Part shown: piece after piece, positions 1 through 13,388 of the stretch
Layout: the number at the start of each line of letters is the position of its first letter
Numbering within the stretch: position 1 is the first letter of the stretch
NCBI GenBank assembly: GCA_010093605.1
Contig: MU004195.1
Span: 682,001 to 746,000, forward strand
Direction of reading: 5' to 3'
Source of the DNA: Lophium mytilinum
Taxonomy: Eukaryota
DNA: 64,000 nucleotides
Translations under genes and position numbers: made by a program
The notes under the pieces: model-generated
What the model was told of the DNA's origin: nothing
Database searches by the model: none
What the model saw: only the letters and a program-made list of their open reading frames with translations

Positions 1-2999
1 AAACTTGACATAGGTGAGAGAGTATAGTCGAATATGGATAACAGATCGCAATAGTTGCTCTACCCCATCTACTAGTATATTGCGGCATAGCACAGGATGG
101 GGACTGCCACCTTGCTCCCGGAGGATTCTGTGTAGCCGCTGTACGATGTCGGCGGCGTTTGACATATGATAGCGCAAACCAGTCTTATATGATTGGCCCA
201 ACGGGGTTCTAGAATTCTGTGAAGGTGGTGTGGCAAAACGATTGAGAAAGAGACCAATGATATCGAAGATATTGCTCTATGTGCAATTGCCGAAGTGGAT
301 CGTACTACCTATTCTCTCTTCGCTAAGGCAAGGAGGTAAATCGTCTGGATTACCCAGCTTGGACAAATAACGCCGCTTGTGGGTTTTTATCTCCTCTCAC
401 TATCAATGCCTGCTGATAGAAAGCTCGAGAGGACTCCCACCGGCGATGAGACTCGTCCAAAGGTTCCCGGCGTTGGGAACCGCGACTTTGGCGCAGGTCT
501 TCCACTGGCTCTCTACTTTCTCTGAAACCGTAGCATTGAGAGCCCAGTCCTTCCATTGTGTTCGACCAGGGCCTCTAGTGTTGTACAGCGGTGGGCATAG
601 TCAGGCTCTTTTCTGATCAGTAATAGAAGTTGGAACCTTGATACAGGTTATCATCCTCGGACTCGGCACAATATTCTTCAACTCTTGAAAGCACTGTTTC
701 AGGCCGAGCCCCTTGGACATATCTCAAGATCTCCTAACCTGGCTTGTGACGACCTCTTCCTTCAGCAACCTTTCCTAACCGCTTTATACCCCGAAGAGGT
801 ATGTCACGTGAATCACGGGTAGCAAAATCTTTCGGGACACGTCAGGCGGCAGCAGATAGATATACACAGAGCAAAAGTGTCGCCTGACAGTCCCTGATTA
901 TGTCATAGCACCGCAAGTAGTGCCCAAGATAGCAGGTAAGCTTTGCCACAGCGTTATATAAGCCGTTTGCAGTGCTTCGAAGATGCCAGGATGAACAAGA
1001 AGACGTAGGCTTTTCAAACGAGTCAGCCGAGGTGGGAAGAAGACGTGGAGTAGAGAGTGGAGTTGTCAGTGTAAGAAAAGCATTGTTTTGATACTAGAGA
1101 GAAAGAATAACAAAGAGCGACAATTCTTGATTTAGAGTCGCAAAGATCACCAGAGAAATGTATATATCCGGCCGTTTGCACACAACAACAAGGCCATCTG
1201 CATGGTTCGATCGCGTCTACTTCAAGGCGGTATAATAACATCTCGCCTCGTTATGCAGAAAAGACACACACCAACGGAACTGAACTTATCTTTGAACGGG
1301 AGCTCTCTGCCGTCCCAAATATCCTGGTCACCAAATCCCCCATCACGTTGTGTATTTATTAGCCGTACAGCACTAATGTGCCACATGCAGGCTAAGTGTG
1401 ATGCAGGACGATTGGGTAGGAACTTAGCAGACGCCACAGAGCGGTAGAGTAATACGAGTGTGACTGGCCAAATTAGACGACACTTCAACCCTGTGCCGCA
1501 ATAATTTTCTTCCAAAATACTTTCCCAGCCAGCTCTATCTCTTTCACGTCTCGGCATATCCCGACCAAAAACCCACCTCGGCATCGCTACACACAAGAAT
1601 TAAGAACCGAACCACGTAGCGCATCACCGAGTCATGTCTCGCATAAACACCCCCACCCGCCAAGTTCACCCGCGTTCCCCATCGTCGTTCGCCGGCTTTT
1701 GCTTACCCCAAAGCAGCCTGGACGCACTACAGGATCGGCTTCGGAGATTAAACAGGATCATCGCTGCACGCTTTCTTTCAGCGCCGCGGCTTAAAGAATA
1801 AAAACTCTCCGGCTGTCGTGTCTCTGTGTTTCAGGTTTCAGGTGGCGCCGAGCGTTAAGAAGCCGCTAGTAAGGAAGCGTGCAGGCGATGTTGACGCTGT
1901 GCTGTTTCTGGTTCCTGCATCGTGACACAGAGCCATCGTGCAGAAAACGGCCGTCTTGTGGCACTTGTCTGTGCGGGTGAGGGAGCCGTGTGCGAGGTTA
2001 GTCGCGGGCTTTCTCCTGTCTTTGTTTCTGTGGATGCGAAACGCTGGAAGAGAGGTACAGTATTTCGAACGATCTTGCATGCAGGCCGTTTTGTGCGAGG
2101 ACAGCGTTTCGGGGTGCAGAGGATTGATAGGATGAGCTTGACTGGGCTGTGTTGGTTTAGGATGTGGATACATACAGCTGACAACTTGCGCATGCAGCAC
2201 AAATCTGAGACAGAATGCTGCGCCGCGACTCGCTCGCTTCCGCTGCGTGTCTGTTCACAACCGCGCAATTCTGGGGTAGGTCGCAGCGAACCCCTAGTAC
2301 ATGTACGCGAAGATGGCAGTATCGAATGTTTTGATTGGTAGGTTTTTGCTTTTGTACATTGCATGATTGCCGTTGACACTCCGCTGCGCTGCGCTCCCTT
2401 CCTTCCTTCGCTCTTATCGCAATCCAATCGAATAGTAGACGCAAGGAAACGGTAGATGCTATGATACATACACACATTGGACTCGGTAGTAGAAACATGT
2501 GTTCGGTTTCGCATGTGCGCGCTGGCTGTATTTTCTTCCGTAGAGAATCATCGTCCGTCGGTTCTCAAGCGGGCCGTAAAAAGGTAGAGATAGACATTAG
2601 AACTTATAAGGTTCGTCGAATCCGCAGCATGAACAAAAAGAAAACACGTGAAGGGAAACGTAAGGGTAGCATTAACACAGCATTGAAGTAGAATCAAAGA
2701 GATTGCATGTCCAAGGAAATAAAAAGGACGTGGCGTGATAAGTTCCGCAGAAAGAAATTTTAAGCAGGCTAGAAAAGCTGGCAATTGCCAATATGATACT
2801 CATGTAGTAAGGATGCATACGCTCGCGTGAAGAATTTTGACAGAGCAATTACCTCCACACGGATTCCATAAATTGGTATCATGGCAAAATGGGTCATCAT
2901 GACGGCGTGACATATAGATCATCGTCCAAACGCTTCAAAAAACACAATTGGCCGCCGGAGTCGTGTTTTGTGTAAGTGAATCCCAAGGGGAAAAACGCC

Positions 3000-4150
3000 T
3001 TATATGCCGACCGTATCTTTGAACGAACGAGGGGTAGTAGTTCTGTGTTGTTGTTGGGGATCTTCGACTCCTTCCATCCGCACGTCGCGGTCGCGGTCTC
3101 GCTCCCGGTCTCGGTCTCTATCTCTTGGGTCTGTTGCTGAATATGGGGCTGCTGATGCGGGTGTGTATTGTTGGGAAAATAGCGGCGGCCGTAGCCCTTC
3201 CGCTGACGCCGATCCAATTAACGAGGGTGATTCTGTATCGATTACTGCCTCTCCTCTGGGCCCTCTCTCCAGCTCTAATGGCGAGGGCTTTTGGCGCTTC
3301 CTCTTGCCTGACGACGACTCTTCTACCTCCATGTGAGGCACCTGTGGTGTTGTTACCATGGACGCCATTGGGGCTGGGCCTGGTGTCATTCGGCCTGATG
3401 GTAGTGGTGACGGCTCTACGGATGGGAGAGAGGTCCTCTGCTTCCTGGGTGGTGGGTAGACCTCTCCTCGCGCCGCCGCGGCGTCTGCTCTTGCTTGTGC
3501 CTCTGCTTTGGTTGGCCGACCCCGCTTCTTCTTGTTCGCCGGTTCAGTGACGGGCGACATCACGTAAGTCGGCCCGCTCGTGTACTCGCCCGGGTAGGAG
3601 TGTGGTGGTCGAGGTTGCAGCAGGCGGCCAATCGGAGTGGATGTTTCAGGCTGTAGCGGACGTTTCTTCGGAACCTCAGGGCCGGGATAGGACCCCACGA
3701 CAGGAGCAGGTAGCGGAGGGCGCTGTCTATAGTCGGCGCCAGGGTAGCTCGGCGCGAGGTTGTCGAAGGCTTGTTGACAGGACCGGAGCGAGCGTCCTGG
3801 GCGAGTACGTTAGTGATTACTGCGGGAAGTGAGTGTGACTCTGAAGGCAAGAGGGCTTGTCAGACCGCTGGAGCAGCGCAGCACAGCACTTTGGCGCCGC
3901 TGCGGGCGTCAGTTGGACGTGGACGTACCGTGAGGTAGGGCAATGTCGGACCATTTGGGCTGGATCTGAGCGTCTCTGATGATGCCGTACAGCACACTTG
4001 AGGGGATGGGCGCCGCCTTAATTATCTCGGCGAGTAGATACAGCTGGCAGGGAAGGCGATTAGCGGCGTGCAGTGTGTCGGTGGGCGAATGGTGGGCTGG
4101 GTACGTACCTTTTCATGCTCGGCCCAAGGCGCATCCCTCGCGGGCTCCAT
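3000..4150 (-). CDS. AT-hook-containing hypothetical nuclear protein (3 exons)
   Basis: Splicing at two GTACGT...AG introns gives MEPARDAPWAEHEK|LYLLAEIIKAAPIPSSVLYGIIRDAQIQPKWSDIALPHG|RSLRSCQQAF, which runs in frame into ORF 3000..3698. AT-hook KKRGRPTK and an RD-repeat tail. Confidence 0.8.
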
Positions 4151-7100
4151 GTCGTGACGCGAGAGGGTGTGCAGAGAGACAGAGGCAAAGAAAAGAGGGT
4201 TTGGGGCGCGTGTGGTCCTCCAGCGTCTGGGGATATGCAGCAACTCAGATGACAGGCCGTTAGGGTGCGCGTGCAGCGTGGGCGCTCGAGGCCCGGCGAC
4301 GCAGCTCTAGGTGAAGGTGACAAACGAAGGTGAGAAGGAAACAAGGGGAAAACAGAAGAGAAGAGGGCCGGTGGTGGTACTCATGCCGGAGGGCCGCGAG
4401 GTTAGCAGAGGCGGTCCATGAGGCTGGAGTCGGACGGAGGCAGAGGTAGAGGTGCGAAGCTTGGGAGGAATTGGCCTGTATGCACCTGTAGGGGAGAATT
4501 GCTGCACGTCCGGTTAGATGTTTTGCATTAGCTTACCTGGGTTTAAATGACGACGGCGCCCTCAACCCAAGCCTGTGAAGCTGCAGTAGCCCCAAGCGCT
4601 GGGATGGCACGATGGCCGGTGTGCTATGGGAACAGACGACAACGCAAGCGTGAAGAGCGCCCTAGGAGCCCCAGGACCCCGAAAAGTAGCCCTGGGAGAC
4701 CCCGTCATGGGCGTATCGACGCCGTTGCAGCCCCAGAGAAGAGCCGCCAAACAGCGCCGCCAAACAGCGCCCGTTGTGCTGATGGCGCAACCCAGGCGCC
4801 CCCACCATGCCAATGGCCAATTGCCCGCTGTTTCGCCTCCCGCGCCGAGCAGTCCCCTGCCGTCGGCGGCCAATTTGAGTGGGCAGCAGGGCGTATGGGC
4901 GTGCGGGCGTGCTTCAGGCGGGAGGGGGGAGCTGGTAGAAAGGCCGCTCTTGGCGTGCACAAGCGGAGGTTGTGCACTCGTAGCGCGGGGCATTATACGG
5001 CCCCCGCAGAGCGTATGTAGACAATGTCGCCCTCTCGCCTAGCGTGCCTGGCGATTCCCGACGGCGTTATCCTGCGCAGCTGTGAGTCTGGTTTGTGCAT
5101 GCCAAGGACGGTTATTTTACAAGCTCCCCCTAGCGCTCGGCTTCCCGAGGTCAGGTCCTCCAGGGCTGGCTGCGTGCATCACCCCCAACCTCTGCCACCG
5201 CGTCGCCTGTGCTCCTATCATTGAGCTCCATCGCGCTCATTGTGTTCGTCGTCGCGTTTCTATTCCGTTTCTACTGGCATCGCCTTGCTCCTATCATCGG
5301 CCTCCTATCGCTCGCACCCACCCGCGGTGTCGCGATGGACGTCCTCTCAACTCCTTCGGGCTGGGGGGCAGCGAGCTGCTAATTCGAGACCATCCCGCGT
5401 CGAACGGGGCACCGGAGGGGAGCGATGGCAGCCGCCGAGGCGTCCATTATGACATTTTGGGCAAGACGAGGGCGCTTCAGGATCTCTGCTCTCTCATATG
5501 TCTTTTACTTACGACTTTATATCCTCGATGCAGCAGCCCGCTGGCACGACTCGCTGGCACACCGCACACCAGCAAATCACCTCCCTCCGCGACCTGCAAC
5601 GCCACGTAGCACCAATGGGGCATTCACGACGGCCCGTCTGATAAAGCCGTCTGGATAGAGAGTCGACCGTCGGCCAGCACAGGGACAGTGACAGTGTCAG
5701 GCGAGATAGCTGCCGCGTCCACCCCCGTGCTTTCTCGGCGCGGCTCAGAGAGAGACTTCCCGTCGCCTTGAGACGAGCGAGCGAGGGATGGACGTTGATA
5801 TGCCTGCATGCGATCGCGGAGCCATACGGCAGGGCAGACAGGGCACATGTTGCCCGCCGTGCCTATCTCAGGTGTGGTGGACTTCGCAGCACCTACCAGA
5901 TTGCTATGCTGGCAGCATCGACTGGCTAAACGGTAACCCCTCGTCCCGAAACCAACACTCCAAATTCGACTCCATCTCTCCCGCAGATGAATTGACGTCG
6001 CTGTGCGTCTTCTTGCTGCGCTCTCGTGAGCCGCAAACGCCTTCTGCTCCCTGTCTGCATCTGGTGGGGCGCGCCGGTGACTTCATCCGTCCCTCGCTCC
6101 ACATCCAACGCTCCATCGTGTACCTTGCAGTAGTTCCAGAAGCGCTCTATAGTGCGCCAGCGCGGCACGGTTCGGGCGCCGAGCCTGCCTTCATGTAGGT
6201 AAGACAAGCGGAGGATTCTCCAGAGCCCTCTGACACGATTCAATTGTACATTCAGAGCCTGCACCTGCAGCCCTCCACATCTTTTTACCATATGTACATA
6301 TATACACACTAGCAGTAGAATATTCCACATCCAATCCTCCCGCATATATATGATACGCGCCAACAAAAACCCCGTCCCAACCCATTCTCCAAAATGCTCT
6401 CGTTCCAGTGATTCCATAGGCCAGCGAGCCGCATGCCCGACACCCAGATTCTGCGGCCGTATTCGCGACCCAGGGGTTCGGCCTCGGTGTCGTCTGCTGA
6501 ACCTGAACCCATGCACGCACATCTCGCTCGCTGCCCAGCCAAGCAAAATATATCTCTCAGACATTCCTCGCGCAGAGCCTGCATATGTACGCTGGCGGAT
6601 CCCCCAGGGTTCAGTGCATACATGAATAGCTTTTCGGGGCTTCAATTGTCTGAGGAGCGTGTTGGATGAGTGGATGGCAGCCAGCAAGTTTTGAAAAAGA
6701 CATCTGCAGCCAGACGGTTAGCAGAATTGGGATGTGCAGCTGACGGAGAATCCTCCGGTCATCACGATGCGAGCTGGCGTTCTTGTCGGCATAGCATCAA
6801 TTCCTTGACTGGGAGCTGCATGCATGGGCCCTGGTCGGCACCTGTGATTCTGGCAGTACGGTGCCGGCTAAGTTCCAGAGCAAACCCGCAGAAGGGCCGG
6901 TCGAGTGACTAATGGAGAACGGAAGGTCACAGTCAGTTGAAGTAGAAAGAGAGAAAGTCGACAATGTATAGAGAACAAACGCGAGATTGTTGAGATTTTC
7001 CCCAGCTATACTCGACATCATCATACGCAAGCGTGAGCAGATACCCGGATGTAAATCGTAGTGTAAAGGCACTAATTCCAAGACAATGCGCTCAAGAACT

Positions 7101-7477
7101 CCCGCAATGCACAGTATTGACTCGTACTTTTACAGTGGGTATTATTTTTCTTCCCCTACTGTCTCACCATCAAGGAGGGATCGTCCACGTAGCTCGTACC
7201 CAAATCGCCCTCCAAGTCGCCCTCCAAGTCGCCTTGTTTTAGTCGACGCAATAATAGCAATGTCTGTCCGCTCGCTAGAGCAGCAAAATCTGAACGCTAT
7301 GACAGCCAATTGAATCCAAAAATCTGACATGCCATCAAAAAAGATCTAGCCACATCGACAGTGTAATCCTCTGCAGGCCTCACTAGAGATGCCGTCTGGA
7401 TCGTCGATCTTCAACTACCGTTTCCATGTGATAGACCCAATGGTTTGGTATCGAGGTAAAAGACCGAGCAACGCGAC

Positions 7478-8816
7478 CTATTTAGCAGGAGCCGGCTTCT
7501 GAGCCACTTCCCATTCTTCATAGTCTTTCCGTATGCCGTCAATCTCCTTTTTCAGGTGCGCCAACTGCGAATCGTAGCCCTCGAGGAGCTGGAACTGCGT
7601 TAGCCACGTGACTCGGAGCAATTCTTCACTTCAAGGATGCATGTAACTAACCTGACGAAGCTGCTTCTGATCTGCCTCGTTCAACACGCTCCCATCCTGC
7701 GTCTGCGTGGCTTGACCCAGCTTCTCCGACTCAGATTGAAGGATCTGTGCCCTAGCACGAGCTGCTGACATCCGCGCCCATATTTCCTCCTGCCGACCAC
7801 CCAGTATGGGATCGAATGCCTTCTTCTCCAGCTCCTGTAGCTTCTTCCTTAGCTCCTCCTCCGTGCTGTCCATCGCGTAGCCCCTGTTCCTGAGAATCTG
7901 CACCTTCGCTGCAAGCTTGACGACACGCTGTGTGAACGCATTGTGCCTATTCCTCGCCTCGTTGCACCGCACTTGAAACTTCAGGTCATGGTTCTGCATG
8001 AGGAACTTCAAGTGATTGTTGATCTCGTGGAGCTTCTTCGTGAGCAGGTTGACCGCATTGTCCTGTATCTGGATCCGAATGTGTATTGCCTGGAAGCCGC
8101 GTAGGAGAAAGGGTGCAGTTTCTGCGTTGGGCCTATTCGCTAGGGCCTCTTCCCATTTGACTGGGTCTTCGTCTTGTGTGGGCGTATATTTGATTACTTC
8201 TTCCTTCTCGACTCGGTTGTATGTGTATCCCTCGAACGCGCAGGCGGCGTCGTTGGCGTCCCATTTCCTATAGAGCAATGCGATCTGTTCTAAGGTGGGC
8301 TTTTCGCCTTTCCCGTCGGTTAACAAAACCCAGTATAGATGTGATCGAAGTCAACTTACGAGGGCCGGCTGGTTTGTCTAACGATACACCGAGTGCCGAT
8401 GCTCTTAACGGTGGTAGACCGGACGGCTGAGATTGCTGCGCTTGAGGCGGAGGTTGTGGTAAGAGGCCGCCGAACAGACTTTGCTGAGGCTGTTGCTGTT
8501 GTTGCTGCTGTTGTGAAGCTCCAAGCTGAGTTCCACCAAAGAGACTTCCCGCTGGAGCAGGCGCTCCCCCAGCTGCCGTTCCTGCCAGGGTGCCGCCAAA
8601 GAGGCTTCCGGTCTGACGTTGCTGAGGTTGCTGGGCGGTGCCCCCGAATAGACTGCCGGTCGGAACAGCTTGCTGCTGTGTCGAGGCGCCGAACAAACCG
8701 CCAGTCGGGGCAGATTGTTGAGGCTGCTGGGTTGAGGCACCGAATAGACCGCCAGGGGGCGCCGTGGTACTCCCGAGCAGCGTCCCAAACTTCTGGGGTT
8801 GTGATTGCTGAAACAT
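7478..8816 (-). CDS. NUP57: GLFG nucleoporin, Nup57/Nup54 family (3 exons)
   Basis: N-terminal GLFG/SLFG and Q-rich repeats. Intron 8308-8359 joins them to a coiled-coil domain (KVQILRNRGYAMDSTEEEL, GRQEEIWARM). A second intron leads to a last exon ending in TAG at 7478-7480. Confidence 0.92.
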
Positions 8817-9229
8817 GGCGGCCACGATGTAATGTGCTCTTTCTGGAGATGCGGAAGTATGGGCTTTGCGACGTGAATGTTGGCTGGGCGCGGAAGTCGA
8901 GAAGGGTCAAGTAGGCGCGAACTCAGGCGAACGCGTCCGCGGAGGCGGAATGTAATGAGCGGAAGGTCGTCGCGTGAGGAGGTTCGCGGAGATGCTGTTT
9001 ATGGAGGGTCCATGGGAGTCTCGGTGGTGGATGGTGCTGGCGACCTGGACAAAGGTAGTGTTGTGTTGCGCGTGGAATCTTCGAAGGAGAGCTTGAAGCT
9101 AGCCGTCAGTCTAGCCAATCAGATAAGCCGCGACCGAACTTCACAACTTCACCCGAACCTCACCAGCCTCCGCAGTCATCCACCACCTCTCCATTCCTCC
9201 AAAACACCCATTGCGGCCGCATAATCAAG

Positions 9230-9888
9230 ATGGCCGCGAGGCAGCCCAGGTGTGTGCTTCTAGTGAGGCCATTGGTGCTATCGACTGACCACAGCCACCT
9301 AGATTCAACTCGCACGTCCTCATCGACACCACCCCTCTACCCGACGACATCCCCAAGGTCAAGGAGATTGGAGCCAGCTCCGCACCCCTTCTCAGCGCGT
9401 CCTACTTTATCGGTGCCCGGTGTAAACCATACAATGACGACTACATGATGTGCAAGACCGAGGCCAATGGTCGGGGAGAGCTGGACTGTATGAAGGAAGG
9501 ACGGAAGGTCACTCGATGTGCCGCGAGCGTGTACGAGCTTCCCCAGCCATATCTATGCCATAAAATACCCTTAGGATTCATGAGAGAGCTCTCTCGCTAA
9601 CAACCAGTCTCTGTAGGATCGAGGACATCAACAAGCACTGTCTAGAACAGTTCCGGTCGAACTGGAAGTGTCTGGAAAACAACAACCACCAAATGTGGAA
9701 CTGCCGCGGCTCGGAGAAAAATCTCAATGCGTGTGTGTTCGAGAACCTGGTGAGTCGTTCGCGATAATTATCGACGAAGACTTTAAGCTAAACTGCGGTC
9801 CTAGAAATTGGAGAAGACAATACCAGACACTCCCAAGGGCGAGGAACCCGTGCATTTGCGGAAGAAGCAGATTTTTGCCATGCATTGA
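9230..9888 (+). CDS. NDUFA8: NADH:ubiquinone oxidoreductase 20.8 kDa subunit (4 exons)
   Basis: Spliced product contains PKVKEIGASSAPLLSASYFIGARCKPYNDDYMMCK...CMKEGRKVTRCA...C...CLENNNHQMWNCR...CVFENL, with paired CX9C-type motifs. Introns break it up, so it is absent from the ORF track. Divergent from NUP57. Confidence 0.93.
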
Positions 9889-10548
9889 GATTTGCGCAAC
9901 CTGTATATTACCAGCAATTATCCAAAGCAATGGGAAGATAGTCGCACTTGATGTCCCTATTGAGTTGAGCGTCCCAGTACATTTACGTATTCCGTTCTCG
10001 TGCATAACGTCAACTTGGAATTTATTGAATGTTTCTCTCGTCATTACTATTGCGAATATGTGGTGCTAGAGATCATTCAACAGCTCGCTCCAAGCCCCCA
10101 AACGATATCCTTAAGGCTTCGCCCTGAATCTCTCATTCTATAAAGAAGCAAATAGGGATGTGACATGGAGGAGGCGAAGAGTCATGGGTTCGATTCGGTA
10201 AGTAGGTGTTGCTTTTGCTTGTGTGTTGTTGGTCATTAAGTCGCGGTGAATGGCTTGGAACGTGACATGCTTTTGAGGAGGATATGAACGCATTTCAGGC
10301 AAGTGTGTTCCATCGGACTCACGAAAGATTTTCGGTTTTTCGTTCCATTATCTAATTCGAAATGCCGGTAGGAACTCCTAACGAAACGATCCTCCAGACA
10401 GCTCGAATTCCGCCGCGCCCATCTTTCTTAGTGACCTCTTCGAGGCCAAAGGGGGTGCGCCTCAAGCTGTGATGAACGAATGTGCGCCAACCCATACCAA
10501 GACACTTCCCATACGTTGCAATAATCCATCAAGCCCTTTGCCACACTC

Positions 10549-11478
10549 TCAAACGCACCCGCTTGTGCTCAACTTTCTGGTATCCGTTGGTGATGAGTTA
10601 CTCTCAAGAACTGGTTTGCCTGCAGCCTTAGAACCATCCATTGGTGGTGGCTCGTCATCAAGAACTGATTTGTCGGTGGCCTCGGACTCTTCTGGTACCC
10701 GTGAGAAGGAAAGCGATTTTTCCACCTTGGGATTAGCTTTGAGTTGCCGAATAATCTCGACGCCTTCGGGTGAGTGCGGTTTGATACCTAGGACTCCAAG
10801 AAAATCGACGGCTAAGAGTGGTTCGTGGTTCAGTCGTGAGAGGAGATCTTCTTCGCTTGGGACCTTGGTCCAATCGATGATCGCGGGGTTGCAGTATTGT
10901 TCCTTTTCGCTTTCTAGCTGGTTCCACAGTTTCCGCCACTCCTTGTCAAATGACGAATTTCCATAACTTCGATTGACTAGCCTTAACTCCTCATTGCTGT
11001 ACGCGATGTACTCCACTACAGCTCCTAGACGCCCAATAATGTCCCGAACCAGTTCAACCATTCTATTCGAAATAGTTTCGCCAACCATAGGTACAAGCGT
11101 ACTAGCGCAGGCCTCTGTGAATGCCACAAAGAGTCTCTGTAGCTGAAGGCCGATCTTCCAAGCTTGTTTGGGTTCGAAGGTCGCCAGGCGTCGACCCTCG
11201 CGATCCCCTTGAAGGCCATCCATGTGTCCGAAAATTTCCGCGAGTCCGGTTTGAATGCCCTGTATTCTAGTCTGGGTGAAGTTGGTGGCCTCTCGAAAAC
11301 GTGTCATCTGATAATCGATGATATCTTTTTGATACCTGTTGGACCGTTGCAGCTGTGCACATATATGGTGAGCCAGTTGAAGCTGCTGGTCTAGGGCTGA
11401 AGTGATAGCTCGTTCTGCCACGAGTGGGTCCAGTTGTTGGTATTCGCTGGCAAGCTGTTCATCTGCTTGTTGCGACAT
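10549..11478 (-). CDS. hypothetical protein, predicted helical
   Basis: 309-aa uninterrupted ORF with protein-like composition. No motif recognised; start codon uncertain. Confidence 0.6.
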   Translation of the reverse strand: MSQQADEQLASEYQQLDPLVAERAITSALDQQLQLAHHICAQLQRSNRYQKDIIDYQMTRFREATNFTQTRIQGIQTGLAEIFGHMDGLQGDREGRRLATFEPKQAWKIGLQLQRLFVAFTEACASTLVPMVGETISNRMVELVRDIIGRLGAVVEYIAYSNEELRLVNRSYGNSSFDKEWRKLWNQLESEKEQYCNPAIIDWTKVPSEEDLLSRLNHEPLLAVDFLGVLGIKPHSPEGVEIIRQLKANPKVEKSLSFSRVPEESEATDKSVLDDEPPPMDGSKAAGKPVLESNSSPTDTRKLSTSGCV

Positions 11479-13230
11479 TCTGACGCTGGGGACAACGAGG
11501 AGCCCAGGGAAGAAGATGAGCTCGTGCTAGGTGAGGAGACAGTCTTAAGCGATTGTGGAAGTCGTCCCGATGACGGGATTGAGGTAGCTCTTCGGGCACT
11601 GTCACAGCGGATCGAGGGCTTGTCGTGCAAGAAGATTCGGTTGGATGCCCAAGTTGTTTTTGTTTGCTGTCACGTAACAAGAGCGAGTAGACTCTTTTCT
11701 TGCGGTAACGGATGAAGATGAGGATGTGCAGGAGAAGGAGAGACCTGGAGGAAGGTAAGTTTATAGATAAGGGGTGCCGTGCGCCTGCCGTAGCCTTCAC
11801 CGCTCCTTCCCTGATAGCCGACTGATGCGAGCTCTAGTCTTGTTCATATCTGCCTGTAGCTGTCTGAGGTGGTCCTTTTCGACATTCTTGTAGTGCAAAG
11901 GATCCAGAATATATTAGAATCCTTCAAGCGGTCGGGAAGTGTGCTTCACTGATACGCTAGGTGATGTTTGCCGTCACTGGGTCTTGTACGCTGTCAAAGC
12001 CTCCTATCCCTTCTCATGAAAATGATAATGGTTAGTGGGCGCCAAATGGTCATCGCTTCGCTCTCACATGTAAAACCCTCACCGACACCCTACCAACTAA
12101 GCCTTCTTACTGGTACTACATCCCAGAGCACCACTCATTTGGCGAATAATTTTCGAACCCGGGTTAGCCTGTAGCAAATGCAAATATGCCGGCAAAAAGT
12201 TATTGTGAACTCATTCGACTGCCCGCTGCACCCGCAACGACGTTTAGGGACGTTGAGAGGGTCATAGTACGAATGAAGTACGAGTAGTAGACAGCAATAT
12301 GCAATGGGTAGTCGTCTCTTAATAATATGGAATCCTATCGAGTTAAAGCCGATTGCGTAAATACGTTCAATGGAGACGAGTACGAGGACATGTCTTTGTA
12401 TATTTTGTAGACATACAGGGCGTTGATTGGAGGTTCAAAGACAAAGAAATTTCTACACCAGGGATTTTTGAGTGGACGATCTCAAATTGGCCTCCGTAAA
12501 CATAAAAGTAGGAAGTTGGTACTCACTATAATGTAAGTATATTAGCAAGTCATACACTGTTGTGCTTTACATGCTTCTGCTGTTTTCTTGGGGCGGGATC
12601 TCCGCTAGAATGTGAACAACCAGAGCTCCGTAGACTGTATCCTATAGACCGCCAACTGTATCGTTAGCTACATCTTAAATCACCACTAGGAATGGTCCGT
12701 GATCCACCAGTGACCGATCTGATAGATCGCTTTGTCGCGTTTATGATGAAGAAAGCCACGAAAGCAGAGTGGTTTGGCGGAGGTCAAGACAACCGCACGC
12801 GCTTACCAAAACCAGTCTAGCGCCATGAACGAGTCGACAGACTCAACCCGCCCCCCCACCCCCCTGCCTATTAGATTTACCCCCATAAGATGTACATAAA
12901 CGAGTGTTTCCTTCGTCCTTTCAAGTCTTCTCTTTTGTACATGTTCACTTCGATGACGTTTTCCCCCTCACAGCTCCGAAAGTCGAACTCCTTCGCCGAG
13001 ACTGTAATGGAGTCGACACTGCCCGGACCAGGCCCTTTGCCTATAGAGATAGAGTGGCACATTTATCCTACCATTCAACGATTGATCATTCATACTCTTT
13101 TTACTGCACTGCATTACTTCGTGTTCGAGGGTCAATTGCGTATGCGCTGTCAAAGGGCACTGTGAAGGCTGTACACTTCACAATGTCCTTCACGGCACTC
13201 CTATACACGTACAATGCGGCCTCGTTGTAT

Positions 13231-13249
13231 TATATAAATCATGCCTCGA
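13231..13249 (+). promoter_or_regulatory. TATA box plus CTCGA, upstream of exonuclease paralogue 1
   Basis: TATATAAATcatgcCTCGA, 158 nt upstream of the ATG at 13389. The same motif precedes paralogues 2 and 3. Confidence 0.6.
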
Positions 13250-13388
13250 AGAATTTCTGTATATCACCATACCTCAAGTCAAACTTCTCAACACTTCAAA
13301 GATTCTAGAGCACCAAAACCTGAAACTCTCTTCGCAAGGAAGTCTGCTTTCCACAACCATACACCAACCTACGCGTTCTCAGAACAGA

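Noticed and set aside
1..2800. Short ORFs or a possible gene relic
   Set aside because: No consistent exon chain or motif found.
7201..7233. 12-bp tandem repeat (a similar 16-bp duplication lies near 14430-14460)
   Set aside because: Ordinary slippage-type micro-duplications.
4200..7400. Many overlapping 60-250 aa ORFs
   Set aside because: GC-rich chance ORFs on both strands with no motifs; likely the regulatory region upstream of the AT-hook gene.
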